NCBI GenBank assembly: GCA_965243205.1
Contig: CBDEUK010000001.1
Span: forward strand, 395,828-459,827
DNA: 64,000 nucleotides
Reading direction: 5' to 3'
From: Gammaproteobacteria bacterium
GTDB lineage: Bacteria; Pseudomonadota; Gammaproteobacteria; Eutrophobiales; Eutrophobiaceae
Below are positions 18,416 through 29,558 of this stretch, piece after piece. The notes under the pieces were generated by a model, which did no database searches, was not told the origin of the DNA, and saw nothing but the letters and a program-made list of their open reading frames with translations. How positions within the stretch are numbered: the first letter of the stretch is position 1; each line of letters opens with the position of its first letter. A program made the translations under genes and the position numbers.

Positions 18416-20323
18416 ATGAACAATAGCAACTACAACAATGCATTAGCCATTGATACTGAATTACTTTGGTATCGAATAGAAGGGGTACTTGGCCAAGGTG
18501 CGTTTGGTATTACCTATTTGGCGCATGATATTTATTTGGATAGAAAAGTTGCGATTAAAGAATACATGCCTGGTGCGTTTTCAATGCGCATGGATGATCT
18601 AAATATTGAACCAATTTCCAGTGATCTCACTAATGATTATAAATCTGGTTTAGAACGTTTTTTAAGTGAAGCCAGAACTCTTACTAAATTCAAACATCCA
18701 AATCTCGTTCAAGTTTTCAATATATTTGAAGAAAACAATACCGCCTACATGGTAATGAGTTATGAACAAGGCCGTAGCTTAAAACAAATTTTAAAAACCA
18801 GAAAATCATTATCAGAAACAGAACTGATGAATTTATTAGTGCCGCTAATGGATGGCCTCGAAATGATGCATGAAAAAGGTTTTATTCATCGTGATATCAA
18901 ACCAGGAAATATCTTTATCCGTGAAGATAACACGCCTGTACTACTGGATTTTGGATCGGCTAGACAAACTCATTATTTCCTTAGTGATGATGATGAAGAG
19001 TCACAAGTAAAAACGCTAACAAATTTTGTTTCTCCTGGTTATACACCGATTGAACAATACAGTGGCAAGAGTGATCGCCAAGGTCCATGGACAGATATTT
19101 ATGCTTTAGGCGCTACATTATATAAATGTATTACTGGCAGAATGCCAATTGAAGCAGTGGAACGTAGTGAAAGCATTGTTCACGTCAGTAAAGATGAATA
19201 TGTGAGCCTTTATGAAATTGCCCAAGGTAAATATTCTAAATCATTTCTAAATGCAATTGATCATTCCCTCGAATTCAAAGCACAAAACAGACCTCAAACC
19301 ATCAAAGAATGGCGAAGCGAATTTGGTATCTCGATTGAAGAGTTCGATACTATTGAGTTACCAGAAGAAAATACAGATGAATTACAAAGCCCTCTGGATA
19401 TTAATACAGAAAATTTAGAAACATTAGAAGCAACCACTTATCAAAAAACCATACCTGAAAATCATGAAGCTACTACTGTTGCTGCTGAAAGCCGTTTCGT
19501 TAAGAAGAAAAATTCATCAATAAAATCATTTATAACTTATGCTACCGCAGCTACGTTATTAGTAAGTGTATTTGCTATCACTTATTATCAAATTAATAAA
19601 CCTAATGATGAGATTAGCGAGACTGTTACTCAACGATTAAACACTATTCCAGATCCAATCATAATAGAAGAACGGACTCCACCAGTTACTGAGCCAAATA
19701 CATTAACAGAAATAACCATTCAAACTACTCCAATCGGAATTGATGAAGAAATAGAAAAAACTAACACCTTAAAAGAAAGAATCGCCAAACAAAAATCTGA
19801 TAAAAAAGAAGAAATCGAGATATTACTTCGTTTGGCCGCTAAAGATATTCAAGCTAAACGATACACTTTACCTGAAAATAATAATGCTTATGAAAAATAT
19901 CAAAAAGTTTTGGCAATAGATGTATCTAATGAAGATGCTAAAAATGGTATCTTATTTTTAACGGATAAGTTTATGATTGCAGCTTATAGAGAAATTGAAA
20001 AAAATAATTTCGATGGTGCAAAGGAAAATATAGCCAAGGCTGATACCTTATCTCCAAACTTGGATGCCGTGAAACGAGCTAAAGAACATCTACAAAGGAA
20101 ACAGCGCCAATATTACGCTGCCCAACGTGCCGCTCAACGACCACCTGAATCTCAAGTTAGTAATGTTCCTTCAAACGAACCAACCGTGAGTTCAACAAAT
20201 ACAGCAAACGATGGTGTTAAAGTCGTCGACTTATCCAGAGATGTTCCTAGCAAGCAAAAAGATTCTATTCCTGATAACGAAATCGACCGTACTATTAAGT
20301 CTATTCAAACTTTGTTTGACTAA
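18416..20323 (+). CDS. membrane-anchored Hanks-type Ser/Thr protein kinase
   Basis: LGQGAFGITY, VAIKEY, HRDIKPGN, DFG, PIEQ, DIYALG. One TM helix, then a TPR-like NAYEKYQKVLAID.SNEDAKNG segment. Confidence 0.92.
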   Translation: MNNSNYNNALAIDTELLWYRIEGVLGQGAFGITYLAHDIYLDRKVAIKEYMPGAFSMRMDDLNIEPISSDLTNDYKSGLERFLSEARTLTKFKHPNLVQVFNIFEENNTAYMVMSYEQGRSLKQILKTRKSLSETELMNLLVPLMDGLEMMHEKGFIHRDIKPGNIFIREDNTPVLLDFGSARQTHYFLSDDDEESQVKTLTNFVSPGYTPIEQYSGKSDRQGPWTDIYALGATLYKCITGRMPIEAVERSESIVHVSKDEYVSLYEIAQGKYSKSFLNAIDHSLEFKAQNRPQTIKEWRSEFGISIEEFDTIELPEENTDELQSPLDINTENLETLEATTYQKTIPENHEATTVAAESRFVKKKNSSIKSFITYATAATLLVSVFAITYYQINKPNDEISETVTQRLNTIPDPIIIEERTPPVTEPNTLTEITIQTTPIGIDEEIEKTNTLKERIAKQKSDKKEEIEILLRLAAKDIQAKRYTLPENNNAYEKYQKVLAIDVSNEDAKNGILFLTDKFMIAAYREIEKNNFDGAKENIAKADTLSPNLDAVKRAKEHLQRKQRQYYAAQRAAQRPPESQVSNVPSNEPTVSSTNTANDGVKVVDLSRDVPSKQKDSIPDNEIDRTIKSIQTLFD

Positions 20324-20325
20324 AT

Positions 20326-21537
20326 CTATTTACAAGATAACGGTAAATATTTGGTTGGGATATTCTGACCATAACAGTCCCATTTAACAGCGCCTTCTTC
20401 GACGTAAGGCTGAATAATAATAAATTTTTCTTCACCCTCCGTTGTGTTACCTACATACACGCCTATAATCCCGTTTTCATATATTCCAATATTGTATTTA
20501 TTTTCTGGACCTATGATCTTATCTGTTTCACGCCCAAGATCTTTCATACTCACAGGCCAGTTCTGGTAAATAGTAGCGTAGTTTTCCACTTCAGGCTTAA
20601 ATGACTCTGCTTCATAAACGTAACCTGTATACTGGACTCGTAATGTATAATCTTGATAAGCAGGAATGGCTATCGCAGCAAGGATACCAATCAATGCAAC
20701 TATCATTATCAAGGAAGTAAAACCACCAGCACCTAACCCAAACCTAGGTATAAACATCGCGAGTAACCATGCAAATTTATTCCGTGAAGGAAGTTTAATC
20801 GCCTTACCTTGCTTCATAGCCAAAGCGTTAACTAAGCGCTTAACTAACCAAGGGTAGTCACTGGTTAACTCATTAAATGACATCCAAAAACCCGAAGTTT
20901 CTTTCACTTGCTGAGTATAAGCTTTGGTATTTAACGTTTTCCAACGAGTATCACCTGCCGCTATAGTTGCTATAGCCGCAGTAATATCTTCCTCAATATC
21001 ACAGCAAGCTACACCATATCTATCACAGGTATATTCTTCGGCTCGACAAAGCGCACTGCCTAATAGTGGTAAAAATTTAGCTGGTGCTAGAAACCACCCC
21101 CATAGCAAATGTTTTCTATTAATATGTCCTAACTCATGTCCTATATAAAAATCAACCGCACCTGGCTTATCTTCCAATGCATCGACAACATCTGTAAATA
21201 AGACAATATAATTTCGCCCAAGAAATCTGGTTGCTAAAGCGTTAAAGAAATCTGTGCGTAATAAATAGGCTTCAGGTACAGTCTCTTGTTCAATCGTATT
21301 ACACGCATTAATGAGTTTTTTGTATAAATCAGGAAATTGATCTTGTGTGATTTTGACCCCTGTGCCCTTCACATATGAAATAAATTGAGAATGTGCAAAC
21401 AAACCCAATATATAAAATATAAGCAAGAAAATAAGCAAGGTACCAAAACTAACCGCTAATAGAGCAAGCCATATAATTGAAGAAATGACTAATGCGATAA
21501 AAAATAATTTTTTCTCGTTTTTATATACAAGTTCCAA
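20326..21537 (-). CDS. M48-family zinc metalloprotease fused to a type IVa pilin-like domain
   Basis: FNALA, [22 protein letters not shown]. C-terminal [20 protein letters not shown] helix and WDC...YLPLSCK disulfide end. Confidence 0.82.
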   Translation of the reverse strand: [403 protein letters not shown]

Positions 21538-21614
21538 GTTTAAACTCCAAAATTTTTATTTATCGTCATGGATAACAAATAAATATTACAATTTAATGAC
21601 GCAAGATTATCTCA

Positions 21615-24600
21615 TTAGTTCGACCACTCTCGCCAGCCTCTCAGTAATGGAAAATATAAACCAAGGCGAATTTCTCGATTAGATTCGCTTGAATTCATGT
21701 GTTTCATAATATGCGCGTAGCGGTTTAATTGGCTTTCATAACGAATTTTTTCTTGTTCGAGAAAATCATCAGTATCGGCTTGTTCATGTCGACTGGTTTT
21801 ATAATCGATTATCCAACGTATGCCATCCTTATCAATGAAAGTCCTATCTATTTTAATATTCACAATTGAATTATTATATAAACCCGTTAGAGCATATTCA
21901 TTTTGTGCATCAATATGTTGTTCACTCATTATCCATTTTCCTTTGGGATCAGAAACGACATTCATCAATGCTTCTTGAACTCGCTGACTGGTCCAGTTTA
22001 AATCCTTTTCTTCTACGCCCAATAATTTAAGATAATTTTGAAAATGTTTGCTGTATTTTTCTATTTTCTCTTTATTCCACTCCGCTAACCCTTGTATAGC
22101 GATTTCCTGTAGATAACGATGAACTGTTGTTCCTATATGTTTAATATTGTCACTCGCCCATTCGTATTCGATGACAGGTTCTAATTGTTGTATTTCAGTA
22201 CTGTTAGTATTTATTAGTATTTCATCTTGATATTCTCTAGTAACACAATCATTACTTATTCGACGCAAACGCTGATCAATCATCAAAATCTCTTCAGTCG
22301 CATTAATTTTTTTATCCGATTGTAGTTGTTGATCAAATTTAGATTCAGCATATTGCCATAGATGTTGCAATAAACTATTACTGTTGGCTTGACAATAAAT
22401 ATCACCCTCTTTGTTTTCTTTAGCATTTGCATGGCCATAAAGATGTAAAGAATTTTTAGCTCTAGTCGTTGCTACATATAATAATCTGGCATCTTCATAA
22501 TGATTTTTCGTTTTCTCAATCTGCTTTAAATATTGATAAACAGCATTTTGAGTACTACCAGATTGTTTTATTGGAGCCATGATCATTCTCTGCTCCGATA
22601 AATCAGAAACCATTGTCCATTTCATTAATTCATCTTTTGAAATATTTGTTCTCTTTCCTAAGCCTGGTAACAATACATGATCAAATTCTAATCCTTTGGA
22701 TTTATGCATACTCATAATATGCACTTGTATAGCATCATCGGAATCCGAGCCAGCGTATAATTTATTGACGGCATTGTTTAGCTCAGAAATATTTGATAAT
22801 TCACCGCCTTTGTCATAATCATCTAATAAATAAAAGAATCGTTGTACATCTTGCAAATGATGCTCATTTTCTAAAGTAGCAGGCCCACCCAACTTCAGCC
22901 AGAGCGACTCTATAATTTCATGTATCGATCGACGTTGTTTCTGAGTTAAATGTTCTCTAAAAATTCTAATAAATCGTTCTAAACGAACTTGTTCACCATT
23001 TTGCAACCGAGATATATTTGATTGTTCCTGTAAAACATTCCAAACTGTATTATTTTTTGAGTAACTAAATAATTGCGTCATTGAATGTAAACTTAAACCA
23101 CACCAAGGTGCTCTCAAGATAGAAAACCACGCAACTTTATCTGCAAAATGCGAATAGGCTTGCGTTAGTGCCATGAGGTCTAAAATATGACTTTGATTGG
23201 CTAAAGGTTCGATATCGACCGCTTTGAAAGCAATGTTTTCTGATTTTAAGATCGGTATGATTTGACGTAAATGCGAACGACTTTGTACTAAAATAGCAAT
23301 GCTTTCATCTTTGTTTGTTTGAATAATCTGTTTTATTGTTTCAACAATGCTTGTTGCTTCTTCAGTATCAGAACGATTTAACATTGCATGAAATTTAATA
23401 TCCGTCTCATCGCCACTTATATTTTTTGCTACTGATGGATTAAAACTTACTGCACTCTCACTGACATTATCATGTTTAGGCATGATTTTTGTGAAATGAT
23501 AATTTATCCAATTCACAATCGACTGACTAGAACGAAAATTTAATTCTAAACGCAATGGCCTTAGTTGAATTTGATTAATTCTTTGTTCTTGCCATGTTTG
23601 AATAAAAATACCAACTTCAGCTTCACGAAATCGATAAATTGATTGCATGGGATCACCAACTAAAAATACTGAATTTGTTTCTTCTGTCGACCAACCAGCA
23701 ATTAAACGATTAAGTAATACATATTGGCTAACAGAAATATCTTGAAACTCATCAACTAATAAATGGCTTATTTTATGATCGATATACAAAGCCAAATCAG
23801 TCGGTTCATCGTCGTCACCTAAAGCGGTTATGGCAGCTTGAGAAACGGCGGTAAAGTCGAGTTTATTCTGCGCCGAAAAAACTAAACGTAATTCTGCTTC
23901 TGCCAAACGTAATAAATTAAGCATAGCGCCAATGATTTCCCAATCATTGGATTCATATTCTGCTGAAGGAAGATAATCTAAATCACTTAATAAAGCTTGA
24001 ACTTCAGAATGAGCTTGCAAGGCTTGTAATAAGTTTTGCATTCTTTCTTTCATTGACTTACGTAATTCAGCTTCTGATTTTTTTTCAGATGGTGCGGGAA
24101 AACCTATCTTTTTTGTTACTTGAACTCGCCAAGCTGCTTTATCGGTTAATAATAACGTTCTTAACGCTTGCCATTTATTTAAATCCTGCCAATTTGAACT
24201 AGGTAAAGATCGCATATCATGACATTGACTAATGATATTATCTGGATCTGCTTGTAATAATTGTTCTGCGGCATATGACAATAACTCACATAACTCGTTA
24301 CTTAACTCTTGTGGAAAACTTTGCTCTAACTTCGTTAAATGCGACTCGATGATATGTTTTAATGTGGCTTCCATATCATTTCGATCATGCTCTGACACCA
24401 CATAACGAATCCATTGATCTCGCTTATACAACATTTGGATCAATAGATTTTTTAATCGCGGAATATCATTGTCTAAATAAATTAATAAATTAGCTAAATC
24501 ATTCGACCAAGAACTTTCTTTTTCTAATTGCTTAATGACATTATTAACTGCGAGCTCAAATAAATATATAGGATCATCAACCGTCTCCGCTCTTGAACCT

Positions 24601-25001
24601 AATTGTGCTAGCACAGGCATTTGATAACATAAGTTTGCACATAATGAATCAATCGTCTGAATTCTTAGCCTGTTGGGGTTTTCTTCCAAATTCCATTCAA
24701 ACTGTTTATCATGTTCTAATACTTTACTTGCTAACTCTTGAGTTAATAATTCATGTTCTGTTACTGCAGAAATTTTTTGCCGAGCCTTATCTAATGCCGA
24801 TAACACACGAGTTTGCATTTCCGAAGCAGCTTTTTTTGTAAACGTAATTGCAATAATTTCTTCGGGAGATTCAACTAAAGACAGTAATTTTAAATATCGT
24901 TGAATTAATAATTCAGTCTTACCTGAACCAGCAGGAGCTTGAACAATAAATGATTGTTCAGGATTTATAGCGTCTTGACGTTGTTGAAAATCAGCGATCA
25001 T
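21615..25001 (-). CDS. addA: UvrD-family helicase with a C-terminal PD-(D/E)xK nuclease (AddA-like)
   Basis: APAGSGKT, ITFTKKAA, VDEFQD, GDPMQSIYRFR, HKSKGLEF, YVATTRAK, IDR...IIDYKT. Confidence 0.85.
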   Translation of the reverse strand: MIADFQQRQDAINPEQSFIVQAPAGSGKTELLIQRYLKLLSLVESPEEIIAITFTKKAASEMQTRVLSALDKARQKISAVTEHELLTQELASKVLEHDKQFEWNLEENPNRLRIQTIDSLCANLCYQMPVLAQLGSRAETVDDPIYLFELAVNNVIKQLEKESSWSNDLANLLIYLDNDIPRLKNLLIQMLYKRDQWIRYVVSEHDRNDMEATLKHIIESHLTKLEQSFPQELSNELCELLSYAAEQLLQADPDNIISQCHDMRSLPSSNWQDLNKWQALRTLLLTDKAAWRVQVTKKIGFPAPSEKKSEAELRKSMKERMQNLLQALQAHSEVQALLSDLDYLPSAEYESNDWEIIGAMLNLLRLAEAELRLVFSAQNKLDFTAVSQAAITALGDDDEPTDLALYIDHKISHLLVDEFQDISVSQYVLLNRLIAGWSTEETNSVFLVGDPMQSIYRFREAEVGIFIQTWQEQRINQIQLRPLRLELNFRSSQSIVNWINYHFTKIMPKHDNVSESAVSFNPSVAKNISGDETDIKFHAMLNRSDTEEATSIVETIKQIIQTNKDESIAILVQSRSHLRQIIPILKSENIAFKAVDIEPLANQSHILDLMALTQAYSHFADKVAWFSILRAPWCGLSLHSMTQLFSYSKNNTVWNVLQEQSNISRLQNGEQVRLERFIRIFREHLTQKQRRSIHEIIESLWLKLGGPATLENEHHLQDVQRFFYLLDDYDKGGELSNISELNNAVNKLYAGSDSDDAIQVHIMSMHKSKGLEFDHVLLPGLGKRTNISKDELMKWTMVSDLSEQRMIMAPIKQSGSTQNAVYQYLKQIEKTKNHYEDARLLYVATTRAKNSLHLYGHANAKENKEGDIYCQANSNSLLQHLWQYAESKFDQQLQSDKKINATEEILMIDQRLRRISNDCVTREYQDEILINTNSTEIQQLEPVIEYEWASDNIKHIGTTVHRYLQEIAIQGLAEWNKEKIEKYSKHFQNYLKLLGVEEKDLNWTSQRVQEALMNVVSDPKGKWIMSEQHIDAQNEYALTGLYNNSIVNIKIDRTFIDKDGIRWIIDYKTSRHEQADTDDFLEQEKIRYESQLNRYAHIMKHMNSSESNREIRLGLYFPLLRGWREWSN

Positions 25002-27634
25002 TCTTCTTCCAAATAAGCATCGATGCGTTCATTGATCCTACATAAAGTTGGAAATTCGCAATAACGGCAAGCACCTGGCATTGGATCAACAATCACTTTG
25101 CCTGCTTGAAATTCTAAAGCTAAACTCGCTAAATTAGATTGCCAATCTTTTAGACATTGCTGCCATTGTTCATGCGGTAGAGCTTTTATTTTTGGAATAA
25201 GAACATCTGTATCCGATATTCCAAGATAACGATAATCACCAATTTTTAATTTAGCAAATGCTAATCCAGCAACTTCTCCTTCTGTCGTAATAGCATAGAG
25301 TGGTAATTGAGGGTCTTCTGGCCGTTCGCCAAACCATGAATTAGGAGATATTTCTCCTGTTTTATAATCAATGATGATTAAACGACCATCTTTTAATTGA
25401 TCGAGCCTATCGATACGCATATGTAAAGTAATTCCATGGAATGAAATATGATGGCCTTTTTCTACTGCATTAACAGTAAATACTTCTCGTTGCCTTTCTA
25501 TCTCTATCCAATTTTTTAATACTCTTGAAAGACGCTCCCGTTCGATTTCTATAAAGCGTTCTCCTAAGGAATCAGAAAAAAATTGTTTTTGTTCATCAAG
25601 GCTATTATTTACAGATTCTTTAATTCTCCGATCTAACACATTTTCAGATAAATATTTTAATTGGTCTGAATGTTTAATTTTTTCCCAGAAAAGTTGTAAC
25701 ACCCGATGAATTAGAATACCTCTATCGATTGCATTTAATCCTATTTCAACATGATTCAAACTATCGGCATACAAACGATGTCTCGCAAAGGCTTTAAAAG
25801 AGCATGCTGCCTGATCTTTAAATAAAGCTGCTGTACCGTTGATTGATTGATCAGCTTTTATTTCAGGAGCTACGTCCGTTTCCATATATTCTATTTTACG
25901 TTTTGCATATAACTTTTCTGCAAAACCTATTCTTAAGTCAATATTATTTTCCTTAAACGGAATATTTTTTAATAAAGGGCTGGGTCTTAACTCATTATCA
26001 TTTTCATTAGTTGAATAACTGAATAGAATATTTTTGGTTGAAGCAATTAAAGATTCTGTTAGCTGTTGGGCATACTTTAAACTAATATTCGCTGTACAAC
26101 CTGGCATTTCTAATTCACGTTGCAATTCATAAGGTAAAAATGGATTAGGTATTGTATTTTGCGGCCAAGCATTGTCATGTGCATCAGCAAACCAGCAATA
26201 ATCAAATTGCATTCCACTGGCACCTTCAATACCCATAATAAAAATATTTTTATCTTCAGTTTTCGGTTGAAACTGTATTTGACCACATAGATGATTTAAT
26301 AGATTCAAAGCTGAATAAAAATCATATTTAGCAGATATAATATTTAGTGAGGCCAATTTTTCTAAACAGTCTTGCCAAGCTTCCCAAGTCTGATAATCAT
26401 CAGAATTTAATTTTTCATCACCTGGCCATAAAAAAAACTTTAAACATTCTGAAAAAATAGAAGGCCATTCTTTTAACGATTTACTGTTTAGGTTTTCCTG
26501 TTTAAAGGAAAAATACTGTTGTAATTTATCAATCATAATCGGACATTGATTTTCTTCGTCCAATCTTTCATGAATATGCATAATCGTCTCAAATCGTATC
26601 GAAGGTTGACCAAGTTTTTTTAACTCTGCATCTAATATGTGACGTTGATTTAATTCACTCTCATAACCCGTAATAAAAACTGAACGTAGCACTAAACTTA
26701 AACGATCTAAATCTATTCTAAATACGTTTAGAGATAAAATAGTCAAAGCAATATTTATCATTGAATAATCCGTTAATGCTTTGCCTAATGAAATGGTAAA
26801 AGGAAATTGATTTTGCACAGAGTTATGCAAATATTGTTTTATAGATAACCGTTTGCTCAATTCAGTTTGAAAAAGTGATTTTTTTGAATTCAAATTTGGA
26901 ACAATGATTCCTATTTTTGCATTCGGCTGTGTGTTTGAACAATCAATGAGCCAATCCGCTATAGCATCCACTTCTTTCGTTTCATCTTCGAAAGCTATTT
27001 TTTCCGTTAAATTATTTTGTTTCGAAGGGCTTAAACAATCAATTTGTATATTTTGATTTCTTAAATACGTTAGAAACGACTGCTGTCTAGGCATTAGATC
27101 ATCAAATGCATAAAATATGTATTTGTTAAATTTAGTTTGTGATGGATTAAAATTATGTTCTATGAACGTTATGACATTCGCTTGATCCAACCAATTTTTT
27201 GCCTTACATCTTAACTGATACGATTCCATCCAAAGTTTAAACGCAAACACATCTTGATTAATAAAATACTCGTCTGGAATCGATTCTATGTTCCAATCTT
27301 TACATAAACGATATGCTGCTTGCACTTGGCGAGCTGTTGCATCAATTTGCAACAACTGTTTTGCATAATTTGATGACTCAATCACCTTAGACCATAAAAG
27401 CAGAGACTGATGCCTTGTCAATAATATCGGCGGAGAATCATGCTCAAGACATTGCTCTTGCCATAATTGATTTAACCAAATATTCCAAGAAAGAACATTT
27501 GCTGAAGGCCATGATTGCTTACCCGTTTCTATTTGCTGCGCTGCATACTCAGAATGTAAATGGTGAGCTAGACCTTGTGTGGGGGTTATAATGATATTTC
27601 CCTGCTCGATGCGTGCTAGTATTTCCTTATTCAT
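24998..27634 (-). CDS. addB: AddB-like inactive helicase / PD-(D/E)xK nuclease
   Basis: RIDRLD..IIDYKTG, QLPLYA. Fe-S staple cysteines (AACSF ... CRYCEFPTLCR). Overlaps the addA-like start by 4 nt. Confidence 0.8.
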   Translation of the reverse strand: MNKEILARIEQGNIIITPTQGLAHHLHSEYAAQQIETGKQSWPSANVLSWNIWLNQLWQEQCLEHDSPPILLTRHQSLLLWSKVIESSNYAKQLLQIDATARQVQAAYRLCKDWNIESIPDEYFINQDVFAFKLWMESYQLRCKAKNWLDQANVITFIEHNFNPSQTKFNKYIFYAFDDLMPRQQSFLTYLRNQNIQIDCLSPSKQNNLTEKIAFEDETKEVDAIADWLIDCSNTQPNAKIGIIVPNLNSKKSLFQTELSKRLSIKQYLHNSVQNQFPFTISLGKALTDYSMINIALTILSLNVFRIDLDRLSLVLRSVFITGYESELNQRHILDAELKKLGQPSIRFETIMHIHERLDEENQCPIMIDKLQQYFSFKQENLNSKSLKEWPSIFSECLKFFLWPGDEKLNSDDYQTWEAWQDCLEKLASLNIISAKYDFYSALNLLNHLCGQIQFQPKTEDKNIFIMGIEGASGMQFDYCWFADAHDNAWPQNTIPNPFLPYELQRELEMPGCTANISLKYAQQLTESLIASTKNILFSYSTNENDNELRPSPLLKNIPFKENNIDLRIGFAEKLYAKRKIEYMETDVAPEIKADQSINGTAALFKDQAACSFKAFARHRLYADSLNHVEIGLNAIDRGILIHRVLQLFWEKIKHSDQLKYLSENVLDRRIKESVNNSLDEQKQFFSDSLGERFIEIERERLSRVLKNWIEIERQREVFTVNAVEKGHHISFHGITLHMRIDRLDQLKDGRLIIIDYKTGEISPNSWFGERPEDPQLPLYAITTEGEVAGLAFAKLKIGDYRYLGISDTDVLIPKIKALPHEQWQQCLKDWQSNLASLALEFQAGKVIVDPMPGACRYCEFPTLCRINERIDAYLEEE

Positions 27635-27788
27635 AACTGTAATCTTTCAATGGATTAATAATGATTATTTGGAATTTTGTCATTATATTCTTGTCTTAAT
27701 CGGGCATGATTAACATGGTAAAATCGTTCATGTTAATTTTTCTCGTATAAATTAAAAATTCACACTCAAATCTATCAATGGACTAGCC

Positions 27789-28778
27789 ATGCGAAGAACA
27801 AACAAACCGGCCGAATGTTTAACCGTGGAGCCTACCCAACAAATAGCAAGTTTGAATGAAGATATTCTGAATAATTTTCTGCATCAACCTCGCTCCTTAT
27901 CCCCTAAATACTTTTATGATGATCGAGGTTCAGATTTATTCACTCAGATATGTGATACTCCAGAATATTATCCCACACGCACTGAAGATTCATTACTTAA
28001 TCAATACTGCATCGATATTATCACGAAATCTCAACCTAACCAGATTATTGAATTAGGCAGTGGTAATTCACAAAAAACCCGCCATCTTTTTAATGCGTGC
28101 GAGACATTAGGCACTTATTGTCGTTATTTACCATTCGATGTATGCGAATCCATTTTAGTTGAAAGTAGCCAAGAATTGCATGAAGAATATCCTTGGCTAG
28201 ACATACAACCTTTGCAGGGTGATTTTTACGCTGGCCTAGGCAATCTCCCCCAAAATCACAATAAAAATTTATATATTTTTTTAGGTGGCAGTATTGGTAA
28301 CTTTACTCCAGAAAAAGCTGGGCAGTTCTTAAAAGAATTATATCAAACCATGAATGATGGCGATTTTTTCCTACTTGGTGCTGATAGAAAAAAAGAACCT
28401 TCCGTATTAAATGCTGCTTATAATGATGCTCAAGGGATTACTGCAGAATTTAATTTAAATGTACTAAACGTCATTAATCATGAATTAGATGCAAACTTTA
28501 ACATTAATGAATTTGAACACAGTGCTCATTTTAATGACATGCTAGATAGAATTGAAATGCATTTAATTTCTAAAAAAGATCAAACTGTCGACCTTAATCG
28601 CTTGAATGAACAAGTTGAAATTTCCCAAGGAGAAAAAATATTAACGGAAATAAGCTGTAAATATAGTTTTGATAAATTAGAAACTTTATTACGTAATGCC
28701 GGTTTTAATATAGAACAACACTATCAACCCATTAACAATTATTTCTCATTGGTCTTAGCTAAAAAGAATATTACTTAA
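27789..28778 (+). CDS. egtD: L-histidine N-alpha-methyltransferase
   Basis: [54 protein letters not shown]. Confidence 0.88.
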   Translation: MRRTNKPAECLTVEPTQQIASLNEDILNNFLHQPRSLSPKYFYDDRGSDLFTQICDTPEYYPTRTEDSLLNQYCIDIITKSQPNQIIELGSGNSQKTRHLFNACETLGTYCRYLPFDVCESILVESSQELHEEYPWLDIQPLQGDFYAGLGNLPQNHNKNLYIFLGGSIGNFTPEKAGQFLKELYQTMNDGDFFLLGADRKKEPSVLNAAYNDAQGITAEFNLNVLNVINHELDANFNINEFEHSAHFNDMLDRIEMHLISKKDQTVDLNRLNEQVEISQGEKILTEISCKYSFDKLETLLRNAGFNIEQHYQPINNYFSLVLAKKNIT

Positions 28779-29182
28779 TGTCGAATATAAAAATTAAAAA
28801 AACCGAACAAGAGTGGCGTGAGCAACTTTCAGACGCTGAGTTTAATATTTGCCGAATGAAAGGTACTGAACGTGCATTTACTGGTGAATATTATAATTGT
28901 AAAAATGATGGTATTTATACTTGCACTTGTTGTGGTGCTGAATTATTTGATTCCATCGCTAAATATGATTCTGGTTCAGGTTGGCCAAGTTTTTTTCAAC
29001 CGATACAAGATGAAAACATTATAGAAAATATTGACAAAAGTCATGGTATGACTCGTACAGAAATTGTATGCAGTGATTGCGACTCACATTTAGGTCACGT
29101 CTTTTCTGATGGTCCTAACCCAACAGGCTTACGTTATTGCGTAAATTCTGCTTCATTAAAACTCAAACCGAAAAGTGATTAA
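28778..29182 (+). CDS. msrB: peptide-methionine (R)-sulfoxide reductase
   Basis: [33 protein letters not shown]. Confidence 0.96.
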   Translation: MSNIKIKKTEQEWREQLSDAEFNICRMKGTERAFTGEYYNCKNDGIYTCTCCGAELFDSIAKYDSGSGWPSFFQPIQDENIIENIDKSHGMTRTEIVCSDCDSHLGHVFSDGPNPTGLRYCVNSASLKLKPKSD

Positions 29183-29558
29183 GACAATCACTCGGTGTAC
29201 CACTAGAATGTTATTCATTTTAGTAATTGGAAATCCCGTGATAGCAAATGAGGCTGATGTCTTATCATGCAAGGTAGAATGCAGTAATAATTTTTGCCGT
29301 TTTGAAGTCACTGTAAAACATAATGATGAAGGATGGGAACATTACGCAAAAGGAATTGAGATACTGAATCTGGATAAAACGAAAGTGTTAGGATTTAGAC
29401 CTCTGCGTCACCCACATGTCAAAGAACAACCCTTTACACGAACGATTTCTGTTTTATTTTCTGAACCTACTGACAGAGTCATAATTCGCGCTTATGACTC
29501 TGTACATGAGTTTGGGGGAAACGAATTAGAAGTCGTATTACCGAAGTTTAATCAGTAA
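29175..29558 (+). CDS. conserved small exported protein, possible metal-binding
   Basis: [10 protein letters not shown] and [11 protein letters not shown] motifs, with a signal-like N-terminus. Confidence 0.65.
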   Translation: MIKTITRCTTRMLFILVIGNPVIANEADVLSCKVECSNNFCRFEVTVKHNDEGWEHYAKGIEILNLDKTKVLGFRPLRHPHVKEQPFTRTISVLFSEPTDRVIIRAYDSVHEFGGNELEVVLPKFNQ

